Of a stretch of 64,000 nucleotides of DNA, positions 28,829-37,920 are shown in pieces. Made by a program: the position numbers and the translations under genes. The notes under the pieces are model-generated. The model was given only the letters and a program-made list of their open reading frames with translations. It ran no database searches and was not told the origin of the DNA. The DNA comes from an uncultured delta proteobacterium (lineage in GTDB: Bacteria > Desulfobacterota > Binatia > Binatales > Binataceae), in the NCBI GenBank assembly GCA_963789835.1, contig CAWBMF010000011.1, forward strand, positions 9,814 to 73,813. Direction: 5' to 3'. Each line of letters starts with the position of its first letter. Position 1 is the stretch's first letter.

Positions 28829-28929
28829 AGTGGGCACTCTGGCGCGCGTGAGATTGCGCCGATCGCCGTAAGTACCTAATAAACAAGGGCGGAGGAGGAA
28901 GGGGCCCGGTGGCCCCACCGGTCTTCAAA
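28829..28929. repeat. ~100-bp direct repeat, copy 2; the intact copy carries the 5' half of tRNA-Sec
   Basis: Partner of 20602-20702; about 90% identical by eye. Confidence 0.75.
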
Positions 28930-28989
28930 ACCGGCTTGGCGGCTAATATTGTTGCCGGAGGGTTCGACTCCCTCCCCCCTCCGCCACCA
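28888..28989 (+). tRNA. selC: tRNA-Sec-like gene (anticodon TCA, reads UGA); the encoded CCA is included
   Basis: 8-bp acceptor stem GGCGGAGG/CCTCCGCC with discriminator A and CCA; 6-bp D-stem GGGGCC/GGCCCC with a 4-nt loop; anticodon loop CTTCAAA; long variable arm; T-arm GAGGG-TTCGACT-CCCTC. Total length is ~102 nt and there are extra nucleotides at the acceptor/D and T/acceptor junctions, so exact folding needs a covariance-model check. Confidence 0.6.
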
Positions 28990-29363
28990 GTTTCCGCGGG
29001 CCGCGTGGTCAAGAGGGAGCGCCGCTCTAGAGCGGCTCAGGCCGAGGAATTTTTTCTTTTCCAGCCTCTACCAGCGTAGAATCCAGTGCGTTATGAGCGG
29101 CATCCCAGCGCTATTCACGCCTGCTCAGGCGCTTGGAGCTTGGTCACGCGACTTCGTACCCAGCTCTGAGGCCACTCCAGCACCGTCACCAGCGCTCGGC
29201 GATTTCACCAGCACGCCGGTGCTTACAGGCGCGCTCTGCGCTCGATGCCGTCGCGCTTTGCGACGCAACGGCACAAGGTGCGCGCCGGACGCGCGCGAGC
29301 GCGCAACGCGGCGCGCGATCAGCTTGGGCGGTTCCTGCTTCGCGCCTAAGCGACTCCCTACAC

Positions 29364-29510
29364 TCGCTCGCGAAGCTCCTTAATGCGCAGGTCCTTGGCC
29401 TTCAGCTTTGCCTTGAGCGCTTTGTTCTCTGCCCGGAGAGCTTCCTTTTCAGCAGCCACCTTGTGCTCTCGAATGGAGCGGTTTCGATCCCCTGCGACGC
29501 GCGACATAAA
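29364..29510 (-). CDS. small coiled-coil protein (49 aa), hypothetical
   Basis: Translated by eye from the minus strand: MSRVAGDRNRSIREHKVAAEKEALRAENKALKAKLKAKDLRIKELRERV; it is below the 60-aa ORF-track cutoff and lies in the lower-GC patch. Confidence 0.25.
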
Positions 29511-29591
29511 TTGCTATCCTCCACTTTATCTTAGATTGTATGATAGAATTACCATCAAATTTGCGTTTCACGCAATGTTTGGAGGCGACAC

Positions 29592-29779
29592 ATGCCCGAG
29601 CAATTCAATGTTGGAGATACCGTGCAGCTAAGGAGCGGTGCTCGATGACCATTGAGCAAGTTATTGACGGAAAATCAGCCAGATGCGTATGGTTCGACGG
29701 CCCTAAGAAGACAAATGCAGTTTTTGCGCTCGCGACACTGGAGAAGACTGCCGAAGAGCTCACCCACAACGCGCACTGA
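29592..29779 (+). pseudogene. DUF2158 (YodC-like) small protein gene interrupted by a single-nucleotide frameshift near 29640
   Basis: GGAGG Shine-Dalgarno 5 nt upstream of ATG 29592. Frame A reads 'MPEQFNVGDTVQLRSGAR*'; a second frame continues 'MTIEQVIDGKSARCVWFDGPKKTNAVFALATLE'. Joined, they match the DUF2158 consensus 'GDxVxLKSGGPxMTV...CxWFDG'; inserting one C restores 'SGAPMTIEQV'. Confidence 0.6.
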
Positions 29780-30008
29780 CACAAAGTACTCGCTGGCCTC
29801 GTGACGCTCAAGGTACCAGCGCAGGCCGCGCGCGCACGCGTCTAAAGGAATTTGAAAAGGGACGAGCATAGGTGTCGCGATCATTCCCGCCGGAAAGCAG
29901 CCTTAAAAATCGGTGGCGCTTGGTGGTGCTCGGAATGCGTTCTGAGAATCGCGGCCGCGAGCAACAAATATCGGAAGCAGTAAAAAACTTAACTAGGGGA
30001 GGGAGAGA

Positions 30009-30284
30009 GTGAGCACTCTGGAAGTCTTCGCTGCCTTGGGGGTCGTGTTGCTATCAATCGGGATAGGGTTCGTGCTCGGCGGATACAAAACTATCGTAAT
30101 ACCCGTCCCCAAACGTCCCAAGCTGGTACGAGCTAGCTCCTTCACTAAGGACGTTCTCTTAAACCCTTTGCAGATTTCCTTCGTGGAACTCGGCGAGGGC
30201 GGTCCGAACAGTGATGCGGTTCATTTCATCGACGGCAGCACGGTTTTTATCGATATGGCGCCGAGCGAGCTGGAACAGGACTAA
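30009..30284 (+). CDS. small membrane protein, hypothetical (GTG start)
   Basis: GGGGAGGGAG Shine-Dalgarno directly upstream; one TM helix 'VFAALGVVLLSIGIGFVLGGY'; lies in the lower-GC patch. Confidence 0.4.
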   Translation: MSTLEVFAALGVVLLSIGIGFVLGGYKTIVIPVPKRPKLVRASSFTKDVLLNPLQISFVELGEGGPNSDAVHFIDGSTVFIDMAPSELEQD

Positions 30285-30470
30285 GCACGCGCGCTAGCGT
30301 GCAGATGTTTCGATATCTGACAAGTGAAGTAGGAGCGCCGCGCTCCGCCGTGGCAGGATGGTCCTCCCCCTCCGCCGGTTTGCCTCACGCAAGGACATAG
30401 TTCATTCTCTTGTTGAACTATGTAGTTCGATAGATGAACTGATCACCGCAACCAACTCGGGAGTAGTGCC

Positions 30471-32723
30471 ATGAGTGAAGACTGGCAGAAGACGATTTGC
30501 ATCCTGTGCAGTGTCAATTGCGGAATCGAGGTGAAGCTCGAGGGGCGGCATATCACGCGCGTCCACGGCAATCGGGAGCATGTCGCGTCGCAGGGCTACG
30601 CCTGCGAGAAGGCGCAGCGGATTGACTACTACCAGAATGGCAGAGACCGGCTGACTTCGCCGATGCGGCGGCGTGCCGACGGCACCTTCGAGGAAATCGA
30701 CTGGGATACCGCAATCCGCGAGGTCGCCGCCGGCTTCCTTAAAGTTCGCGAGCAATTCGGCGGCGCGAGCATCTTCTATTACGGCGGCGGCGGGCAGGGG
30801 AACCATCTTTGCGGAAGCTACGGCGCCTCGACTCGGCGCGCGCTCGGCTCGGTCTTCAGCTCCAACGCGCTCGCCCAGGAAAAGACCGGCGAGTTCTGGG
30901 TCGACCACAAGCTCTTCGGCACCGGGCTTAGCGGCAGCTACCAGCAGGCCGAGGTCGCCGTGTTCGTCGGCAAGAATCCATGGCAGTCGCATGGCTTCCA
31001 GCGCGCGCGTCCGATTCTGCGCGACATCGCGGCCGACCCGAATCGTGCGCTGGTCGTGATCGATCCGCGTCGCACCGAGACGGCCGAGATGGCCGATTAC
31101 CATTTGCGCGTGCGTCCCGGCACCGACGCCTTTTGCCTCGCTGCGATTCTCGGCGTTCTCGCGCAGGAGGATCTGATCAATCCGGATTACATTCGCGATC
31201 GCACTCAAAATAGCGATGAGCTGATCGAAGCACTGAACGACGTGCCGGTTGCGGACTACTGCGGGCGCGCCGGCGTCGACGAGACTTTGATTCGCGAGGT
31301 GGCGCGCCGGCTCGCACGCGCTGCGAGCGTTTCGGTTTACGAAGACCTCGGCATCGAGCAGTCGCTCCACAGCACGCTCAATTCCTATCTCGAGAAACTG
31401 CTTTTCGCCTTGACCGGCAATGTCGGCAAGCGCGGCGCGATGAACGCGGGCACGAGCCTGACGGGAATGTTCGGCGGTGCGCTCTCGGCGCAGACCAGTC
31501 CGGTCGGCGGCCATCGGATTATCGGCGGGATGATCCCGGCCAACGTTATTCCCGATGAAATCCTGACCGACCATCCCAAGCGTTTCCGCGCGATGCTAGT
31601 CGAAGCCGAAAATCCGGCGCACTCGGTCGCCGACAGCGTCCGGATGCGCGAGGCGCTGCGGGCGCTGGAGTTCGTCGTCGTGATCGACGTTGCGATGACC
31701 GAGACGGCGCGCGAGGCGCATTATGTTTTGCCGTCCTCGTCGCAATATGAAAAGTGGGAAGCGACTTTCTTCGGCGCGGCGTTCCATACCGAAACGGATT
31801 TCGCCAACACTTTCACACTGCGCGCACCGATTCTCGATGCGATTCCCGGAACGCTGCCCGAAGGCGAGATTCATCGCCGGCTGGTGCGCGCGCTCGGCGC
31901 CATGACCGATGAGGACGTCGCTCCTCTGCACGCGGCCGCGGCCAAGGGCAGGGCCGAATTTGCGATGGAACTGATGCGCGCCGTTTCCGAGAGTCCGCGC
32001 CTGGCGGGGATAATGACGGTGCTTCTGTATGAGACCCTCGGTCCGACGCTGGGCGCGGGAAATGAGAATGCCGCGTCGGTGTGGGGTATCGCGCACAACT
32101 TCGCGCGCAGGTATCCGGACTCGCTGCATCGCGCTGGTGTCGCCGGCGAAGGGCCCGCGCTCGGCGAGGCGCTGTTCGACGCGATCATGAAGAATCGCTC
32201 GGGCGTCGTGATGAGCGTCGATCCTTACGAAGAGACCTGGCGCAGAATTCATGACGAGAAGATCAACCTGACGATTGCCGAGCTGATGCCCGAGCTGAAA
32301 GCGCTGCGCGACGAGCATCCGGTGCGCGATGCTGACTTTCCGTTCGTGCTGTCCGCGGGTCAGCGGCGTTCATCGACCGCCAACACGATCATTCGCGATC
32401 CCCAGTGGCGGCCGAAGGATCCGGCCGGCGCGCTCTGGATGAACCCGGCGGACGCCTCCGAACTGGGCGTCGAGAACGGCGGCCGCGTACGGATTACGAC
32501 CAAGCGTGCGAGCGCCGAGAGCGTGGTCGTGCTGACCGACACGATGATGCCGGGACACGTCGCGCTGCCGAACGGGACGGGGCTGTGGTATCCGGACCGC
32601 GAAGGCCAGGAATTTCAGCATGGCGTTGCACCCAACGAGCTCACGGTGACCGAGGATCGCGACTGGTTCGCCGGCACGCCGTTTCACAAGCATGTGCCGG
32701 CGCGAATCGAGGCGGTTGACTGA
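30471..32723 (+). CDS. molybdopterin oxidoreductase (formate dehydrogenase/nitrate reductase superfamily catalytic subunit)
   Basis: N-terminal 4Fe-4S motif 'CILCSVNCGIEV...GYACEK'; 750 aa with a C-terminal molybdopterin-dinucleotide-binding domain; no in-frame TGA. Confidence 0.8.
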   Translation: MSEDWQKTICILCSVNCGIEVKLEGRHITRVHGNREHVASQGYACEKAQRIDYYQNGRDRLTSPMRRRADGTFEEIDWDTAIREVAAGFLKVREQFGGASIFYYGGGGQGNHLCGSYGASTRRALGSVFSSNALAQEKTGEFWVDHKLFGTGLSGSYQQAEVAVFVGKNPWQSHGFQRARPILRDIAADPNRALVVIDPRRTETAEMADYHLRVRPGTDAFCLAAILGVLAQEDLINPDYIRDRTQNSDELIEALNDVPVADYCGRAGVDETLIREVARRLARAASVSVYEDLGIEQSLHSTLNSYLEKLLFALTGNVGKRGAMNAGTSLTGMFGGALSAQTSPVGGHRIIGGMIPANVIPDEILTDHPKRFRAMLVEAENPAHSVADSVRMREALRALEFVVVIDVAMTETAREAHYVLPSSSQYEKWEATFFGAAFHTETDFANTFTLRAPILDAIPGTLPEGEIHRRLVRALGAMTDEDVAPLHAAAAKGRAEFAMELMRAVSESPRLAGIMTVLLYETLGPTLGAGNENAASVWGIAHNFARRYPDSLHRAGVAGEGPALGEALFDAIMKNRSGVVMSVDPYEETWRRIHDEKINLTIAELMPELKALRDEHPVRDADFPFVLSAGQRRSSTANTIIRDPQWRPKDPAGALWMNPADASELGVENGGRVRITTKRASAESVVVLTDTMMPGHVALPNGTGLWYPDREGQEFQHGVAPNELTVTEDRDWFAGTPFHKHVPARIEAVD

Positions 32724-33175
32724 TGCGGCGAACTCGCTTCGACCGCTGGCCGTGCCCGATTGCGCGCACCACCGACCTGGTGGGCGATTGGTGGACGCCG
32801 CTCGTGATGCGCGAGGCGTTCGCCGGCCGCCGTCGCTTCGAGGATTTCCAGCGCGCGCTGAAAGTTCCGCGCGCAGTGCTCGCGCGCCGGCTCGATCGCC
32901 TGGTCGATGAAGGCCTGCTCAAGAAGGTCGCCTACGAAGAGCGTCCTCCGCGTTTCGAATACCGCCTGACGGACAAGGGCCGCGCGTTCTGGGACGTGCT
33001 CGCCGCGATGTGGCGATGGGGCAGCGACTGGCTCTGGGGCGAAGGTGGTCCGCCGGTGATTCTTATCGACGCTGAAACGGGCAATGAAGTTCGTCCGCTG
33101 GTGGTCGATGAAAACACCGGGATTCGCCTGGCCGGCCGCCGCCTGCGCATGGGACGCAAGCAACCCGCTGCCTGA
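32723..33175 (+). CDS. HxlR family winged-helix transcriptional regulator
   Basis: 'WPCPIARTTDLVGDWWTPLVMREAFAGRRRFEDFQRAL...RRLDRLVDEGLLKKVAY'; its start overlaps the upstream stop codon (TGATG). Confidence 0.8.
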   Translation: MRRTRFDRWPCPIARTTDLVGDWWTPLVMREAFAGRRRFEDFQRALKVPRAVLARRLDRLVDEGLLKKVAYEERPPRFEYRLTDKGRAFWDVLAAMWRWGSDWLWGEGGPPVILIDAETGNEVRPLVVDENTGIRLAGRRLRMGRKQPAA

Positions 33176-33186
33176 TCTACGTCAGA

Positions 33187-36100
33187 TCAACGACGCCCAG
33201 TGCCCTTGAGCGCCACGCTTTGAGGGCTGGTAGAGGCGTTGTCGCTCAGGTTCAGAGTTGCGCTGTGCGCTCCGGTCGTACTCGGAGTGAATGTGACTGC
33301 CAGCGTGCACGACTTCTTGGGCGCGAGCGTCACCGGAACCGCACCGCAGGTCCCGCTGCTGCCGGCCGAAAATTCAGGATCCGACGAAATAGCACTCGAG
33401 ATGATCAGCGAATTAGCGGCGCCGGTGTTATGGACCGTCAGCGTCTTGGTGGCATTCTGGCCGACCGTCACTTTGCCGAAGGCGAGCGAGGCAGTCACCG
33501 TCAGTGTCGTAGTTGGAGTCGCAGTCGGCGTGGCAGTCGCGGTTAAAGTGGCCGTCGCCGTGGCAGTAGGAGTCGCGGTGCCAGTATTGGTTGCGGAGGC
33601 TGTCGCGGTTGCGGTCTGTGTAGCTGTGGCAGTGGCAGTAGGAGTGGCGGTCCGAGTACTGGTTGCGGTCCCGGTCGCCGTTGAAGTTGCAGTGGCGGTG
33701 GATGTTGCTGTCTGAGTTGCAGTTGTCGTTGCGGTCGCCGTCTGAGTAGCCGTCGCAGTGGGAGTTGCGGTGGCAGTAAGAGTCGCGGTCGCAGTCTTGG
33801 TTGCAGTCGCGGTCGGCGTCGCCGTGGCGGTAGCTGTCGATGTCTGGGTAGCTGTCGCGGTTGCGGTCTGAGTATTGGTGGCGGTCGCCGTCGCAGTTGT
33901 GGTTGCAGTGGGAGTTTGCGTAGCTGTGGCAGTGACAGTAGGAGTCGCGGTCTGAGTATTGGTTGCGGTCGCGGTGGCCGTTGAAGTTGCGGTGGAGGTG
34001 GATGTTGCCGTCCGAGTTGCAGTCTGTGTTGCGGTAGCAGTTGCAGTTGTCGTTGCGGTCGCAGTTAAAGTCGTCGTGGCGGTAGCTGTCGATGTCTGGG
34101 TAGCTGTCGCTGTTGCAGTCTGAGTATTGGTTGCAGTCGCGGTCGCAGTTGAGGTTGCCGTATTAGTGGCCGTCGCAGTCGGGCTAGGAGTCGCGGTCTG
34201 AGTATTGGTTGCCGTCGCCGTCTTAGTGGCCGTGGCGGTTGTGGTTGCAGTGGGAGTTTCCGTAGCCGTGGCAGTGACAGTAGGAGTCGCCGTCTGAGTA
34301 TTGGTTGCGGTCGCCGTGGCCGTTGAAGTTGCAGTGGCGGTCGATGTTGCTGTCTGAGTTGCAGTTGTCGTTGCGGTCGCCGTCTGAGTAGCCGTCGCAG
34401 TGGGAGTTGCCGTGGCAGTAAGAGTCGCGGTCGCAGTCTTGGTTGCAGTCGCGGTCGGCGTCGCCGTGGCGGTAGCTGTCGATGTCTGGGTAGCTGTTGC
34501 GGTCGCCGTGGCCGTTGAAGTTGCGGTGGCAGTCGCCGTTGAAGTTGCAGTGGCGGTGGATGTTGCCGTCTGAGTTGCAGTCTGAGTTGAGGTCGCAGTG
34601 AGAGTCGCGGTGGCGGTCGCCGTGGCAGTAGGAGTCGCGGTCGCCGTATTGGTCGCCGTTCGGGTGGCCGTGGATGTCGCCGTCTGAGTGGCGGTTGCTG
34701 TGGCAGTAGGAGTCGCCGTGGCTGTAGGTGTGGACGATGTAGCCAGGGCCGGCTCTACACCTTCTGCGATTACGGTGGTCTGGCTTTCGCCGCAGACCAG
34801 AGCTTCGGTTCCAGAAGCGTTAATGGTCTTCCCATCACCCAGGTACATCCCGAACCAGTCGCCGTTGATCTGAGTTAGGTTCACCAACTGAGTTACATCT
34901 GACGGAGTTGTAAATATCGCGTTGCAACTTACCGTCAGGTACAACTCTTCGTTAGCAACGCTGGGCGTCCCATAGGTGATGCTAGTTACGCCGCCGCCCG
35001 GATCGCCCGCTTCGGCACGGACAGCCGGGTCAAGGCACTGGCTTTGGTTAGCTCCGTGGAACTCGATGAAGGACGCATTCGGGTAAGCCGTCGTGCCGAA
35101 GGTAAAAGTGTAATCTCCGCTCTCGCTGCTCGCGATTTTCGTGAAATCACAAAGGCTCGCGTTAGTGCCGCTGGCATTCGGACAAGTCCCGCCCGAGGTC
35201 CAGCCGGACGGCGGCGTGACGCTTACGCCATTCCTACTTGCTACGCTGATGATCATGCAATCGCCGTTGGCGGGCGTGCTCGACAGCCCCGCTCCGGTTC
35301 CAGCGCCGGTACACGTTTGATACGGCGCATTCGCGCCAGTGCATTCGGAGTTGTAGTAGATATTGATCGACGAACCGCCGCTGTTGCTGTTGCTCGCATA
35401 TTGGACCAGCTTGACCGTCTGGAATACGGGGGTCGCGGTGGCGGTTGGGGTCGCCGACAGGGTTGGCGTCGCGGTCACCGTCGGCGTTGCTATAGCGGTA
35501 CTCGTTGCCGTCGCCGTCGCGGTGCGCGTCGGTGTGGCGGTGGCGGTCGGCAAGCCTGTCGGCGTCGAGGTAGGCACCGCCGATCCAAACGCCATCACCA
35601 GGTTGTTGGCATTGACGGTGCCGATGCCGGTCGCAAAATCCCAGCCGACGCCCGCGGCGAAAGCAGTCTCGAGCGATGAATCCAATATCGACAGGCCGCC
35701 ATAGGTGGTGCCCGACGGCAGGTAGCAGTTGTTACTGCCCTGGCAATCGACGTCCATGTCGCCGAGCGTGACGTCATAGAAGATGCACGACGGGTTGACG
35801 GCGTTCCCCAAGGTCGAATTGCACGCGGGATTCCCGCCCGCTCCGTATTCTGCCGCCGCTAGCGAATAGTAAGTTTGATTCGGGTTTCCCTGGCGGATGC
35901 CGGTCCGCTGATTGATGAGCGCCTGGATGCCCGCCATGATCGGCGACGAAACCGAGGTGCCGCCGAATCCCGCCCATGTGTCCGGCGTTCCCGCGCATGA
36001 CGCACCGCCGTTCTTCGTATCCGAGTAGCAGGTTACGTAGTAGTGGCCCCACACTCCGTTCGCCGCGAACAGCGACACGTCGGGAATGTCTCTGACTCCG

Positions 36101-37716
36101 TCCGCGGGATTGCCAACGATCGATTGCCAGGTGGGCTTGCTGTAACCCGCGCAGCTCCCGCTTACGACGTTGGCGGTCGACGGTGCCCCGGTGGCGCATC
36201 CGCTGGGTCCGCCGCTGCCGGACGCGGTGGTCAGGTAATAGTACTCACCCAGAACGCTGTTGCAGAATCCGTCGCTGCCGAACGGCGACGATGAGCCCAG
36301 GTAGGTCGATAGCAGGTCGCTGGCGCACGAGTCATTCCACGGAATTTCCGGAACGTAGGACAACGCCGATCCGTAGGTCGAGCTGTTGGTCGATGACCAA
36401 TAGCTGCTGGTCGTGCCCGCATAGAGGTCGCCGAAATCGGTGCCGCCCACTGACACGTTATACGGGGTCGACGTGAATCCGCTCACTGCTATGCCGTGGG
36501 TCGCTACTGATTCGTCGGCGTCGGCGCTGGCCCCGCCCTCGTCGCCCGACGACACGAATACCGAGACGCCCTCTGCCACCGCCTGCTGATAGAGCCCCTT
36601 AATGTAGAGGTTGGTGGACGCGCCCAGCGAGGCCTCGGCCTCTCCGTAGCTGATGCTCACAATCGCAGGGGGAGTGCCGGACTCGCTGAGCAGATTTTGC
36701 AGCGCGATGAATCCGCCGAAGTTGGTGCTCGTGTCCGTGCATGACGCCAGCTCTATCGCCGCGTTGGGCGCCGCCGCGCTGGCCCACTCGACGTCGATGG
36801 CAGCCTCGCCGTCGTCGGCGTTGACGCCGGGATTGGTGCAGGTTCCGCCGGTGCCCGTCGGATGAACCGTACTCAACGAGCCCGACGAATAAGTGCTAAG
36901 ACCCAGGACACTGCGGAACGTAGTCCAGTCGGCAGTGGTGTGGAGATTGGTATCCTCGACCGTGACGATGGTCTGTCCCTTGCCCGAATAGCCGGCGGCG
37001 AACAGCGGATTGAAGTTATAAATGGTCGCGAGGTCCGCGGGCACCATCAGCTGGTAGCCGCTGCTGGTCGTGAAGTCTGTGCGCCGCCGATACATCGGAT
37101 GCGGACGGAAATCATTGAGCGACACGATGCCCGCCACCGCCGGCGCGAGCGCGGCCGGGATGCTCGGGTCGCTCATATTGGCGAAATGGCTCGCGCCGTT
37201 TACGGACAGCGCATGAATGCGGGTATGGAAAGCGCGGTGGATCGATCCCGCATTCCCGGAAAAATCGATCAGCATCGCGTTCGGATAAACGTAGTTGACC
37301 TGGAACCCCTGCGCTCGAAGCCATGCGGATATGGTGGCGATGTCGCTGGCGGCCGCGCCGAAGCGATCGCCAAATTCCTGCGCGGTCAGCCAGTGGTGGT
37401 AGTTCGGCGAGGCCGGATCTTCAAGCTGGTCGAGCAATCGCTCCAGGGCGCGCTCGCGCGATGGCGAGCGCCGCAGTTGAAGCAGCAGATGGTCGAGCGG
37501 GAAATCGTCAGGCTCGAGCCCGCGATCATTGCGCGCCGTAGCCTCGGGACGGACGTTGCCCGGCACCGTGATTAGGTCGTTGTAATTGATCTGGTCGGTG
37601 ATTTGGGCTGTCGCGGACGATCCGCCGGCTATCGCGCGCGCCGAGACCGGCAGGAGGCAAAGCGCCAGCGCGCCGAGCGCGACGATGATCGCTATTGTCA
37701 GACCCCGTTTCCCCAT
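33187..37716 (-). CDS. giant secreted sedolisin (S53 serine-carboxyl peptidase) with a pro-domain, a middle domain of unknown function, a ~450-aa Thr/Ala-repeat linker and a C-terminal ASH/DUF1573-like beta-sandwich domain
   Basis: Signal peptide 'MGKRGLTIAIIVALGALALCLLPVSARA'; catalytic motifs 'SISYGEAE' (Glu), 'VSSGDEGG' (Asp) and 'FGGTSVSSP' (SGTSxxxP Ser); (T-A-T-A-T-P/Q)n low-complexity run; C-terminal 'LAFGKVTVGQNATKTLTVHNTGAANSLIISS...CTLAVTFTP'. Confidence 0.85.
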   Translation of the reverse strand: MGKRGLTIAIIVALGALALCLLPVSARAIAGGSSATAQITDQINYNDLITVPGNVRPEATARNDRGLEPDDFPLDHLLLQLRRSPSRERALERLLDQLEDPASPNYHHWLTAQEFGDRFGAAASDIATISAWLRAQGFQVNYVYPNAMLIDFSGNAGSIHRAFHTRIHALSVNGASHFANMSDPSIPAALAPAVAGIVSLNDFRPHPMYRRRTDFTTSSGYQLMVPADLATIYNFNPLFAAGYSGKGQTIVTVEDTNLHTTADWTTFRSVLGLSTYSSGSLSTVHPTGTGGTCTNPGVNADDGEAAIDVEWASAAAPNAAIELASCTDTSTNFGGFIALQNLLSESGTPPAIVSISYGEAEASLGASTNLYIKGLYQQAVAEGVSVFVSSGDEGGASADADESVATHGIAVSGFTSTPYNVSVGGTDFGDLYAGTTSSYWSSTNSSTYGSALSYVPEIPWNDSCASDLLSTYLGSSSPFGSDGFCNSVLGEYYYLTTASGSGGPSGCATGAPSTANVVSGSCAGYSKPTWQSIVGNPADGVRDIPDVSLFAANGVWGHYYVTCYSDTKNGGASCAGTPDTWAGFGGTSVSSPIMAGIQALINQRTGIRQGNPNQTYYSLAAAEYGAGGNPACNSTLGNAVNPSCIFYDVTLGDMDVDCQGSNNCYLPSGTTYGGLSILDSSLETAFAAGVGWDFATGIGTVNANNLVMAFGSAVPTSTPTGLPTATATPTRTATATATSTAIATPTVTATPTLSATPTATATPVFQTVKLVQYASNSNSGGSSINIYYNSECTGANAPYQTCTGAGTGAGLSSTPANGDCMIISVASRNGVSVTPPSGWTSGGTCPNASGTNASLCDFTKIASSESGDYTFTFGTTAYPNASFIEFHGANQSQCLDPAVRAEAGDPGGGVTSITYGTPSVANEELYLTVSCNAIFTTPSDVTQLVNLTQINGDWFGMYLGDGKTINASGTEALVCGESQTTVIAEGVEPALATSSTPTATATPTATATATQTATSTATRTATNTATATPTATATATATLTATSTQTATQTATSTATATSTATATATSTATATATATQTSTATATATPTATATKTATATLTATATPTATATQTATATTTATQTATSTATATSTATATATNTQTATPTVTATATETPTATTTATATKTATATNTQTATPSPTATATNTATSTATATATNTQTATATATQTSTATATTTLTATATTTATATATQTATRTATSTSTATSTATATATNTQTATPTVTATATQTPTATTTATATATNTQTATATATQTSTATATATPTATATKTATATLTATATPTATATQTATATTTATQTATSTATATSTATGTATSTRTATPTATATATQTATATASATNTGTATPTATATATLTATATPTATPTTTLTVTASLAFGKVTVGQNATKTLTVHNTGAANSLIISSAISSDPEFSAGSSGTCGAVPVTLAPKKSCTLAVTFTPSTTGAHSATLNLSDNASTSPQSVALKGTGRR
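33520..34760. repeat. intragenic GC-rich tandem repeats encoding the Thr/Ala linker, including a ~635-bp near-perfect segmental duplication
   Basis: The 'gcggtcgcagtcttggttgcagtcgcggtcggcgtcgccgtggcggtagctgtcgatgtctgggtagctgt' block recurs at about 33780 and about 34420; the protein motif 'ATPTATATKTATATLTATATPTATATQTATATTTATQTATSTATATSTAT' occurs twice. Confidence 0.7.
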
Positions 37717-37920
37717 AGCCCCAACCTTTCAGACAATCGCAGTCAACATAATCTAACAGAAAGCACATAATCACGACAGTATGTATAAACGAGCGGTTTA
37801 ACTAGCAAATTGCCACGCAAGCGTCGAATGGCTCGCGATTAGACAAATTTGTTCCATTTGTCACATCAGAGGAGGCGTGACGCCAAGGAGAGAGACGGGC
37901 AGATCGAGGTCGTGCTGAGA

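Noticed and set aside
30402-31574. 390-aa minus-strand ORF
   Set aside because: Antisense to the molybdopterin oxidoreductase gene (4Fe-4S motif and MopB domains on the + strand); shadow ORF.
33400-34800. Possible CRISPR array or other spaced non-coding repeat
   Set aside because: The repeats are in-frame codon-level (Thr/Ala) units inside a long ORF with a continuous reading frame. There is no repeat-spacer organisation and no cas genes.
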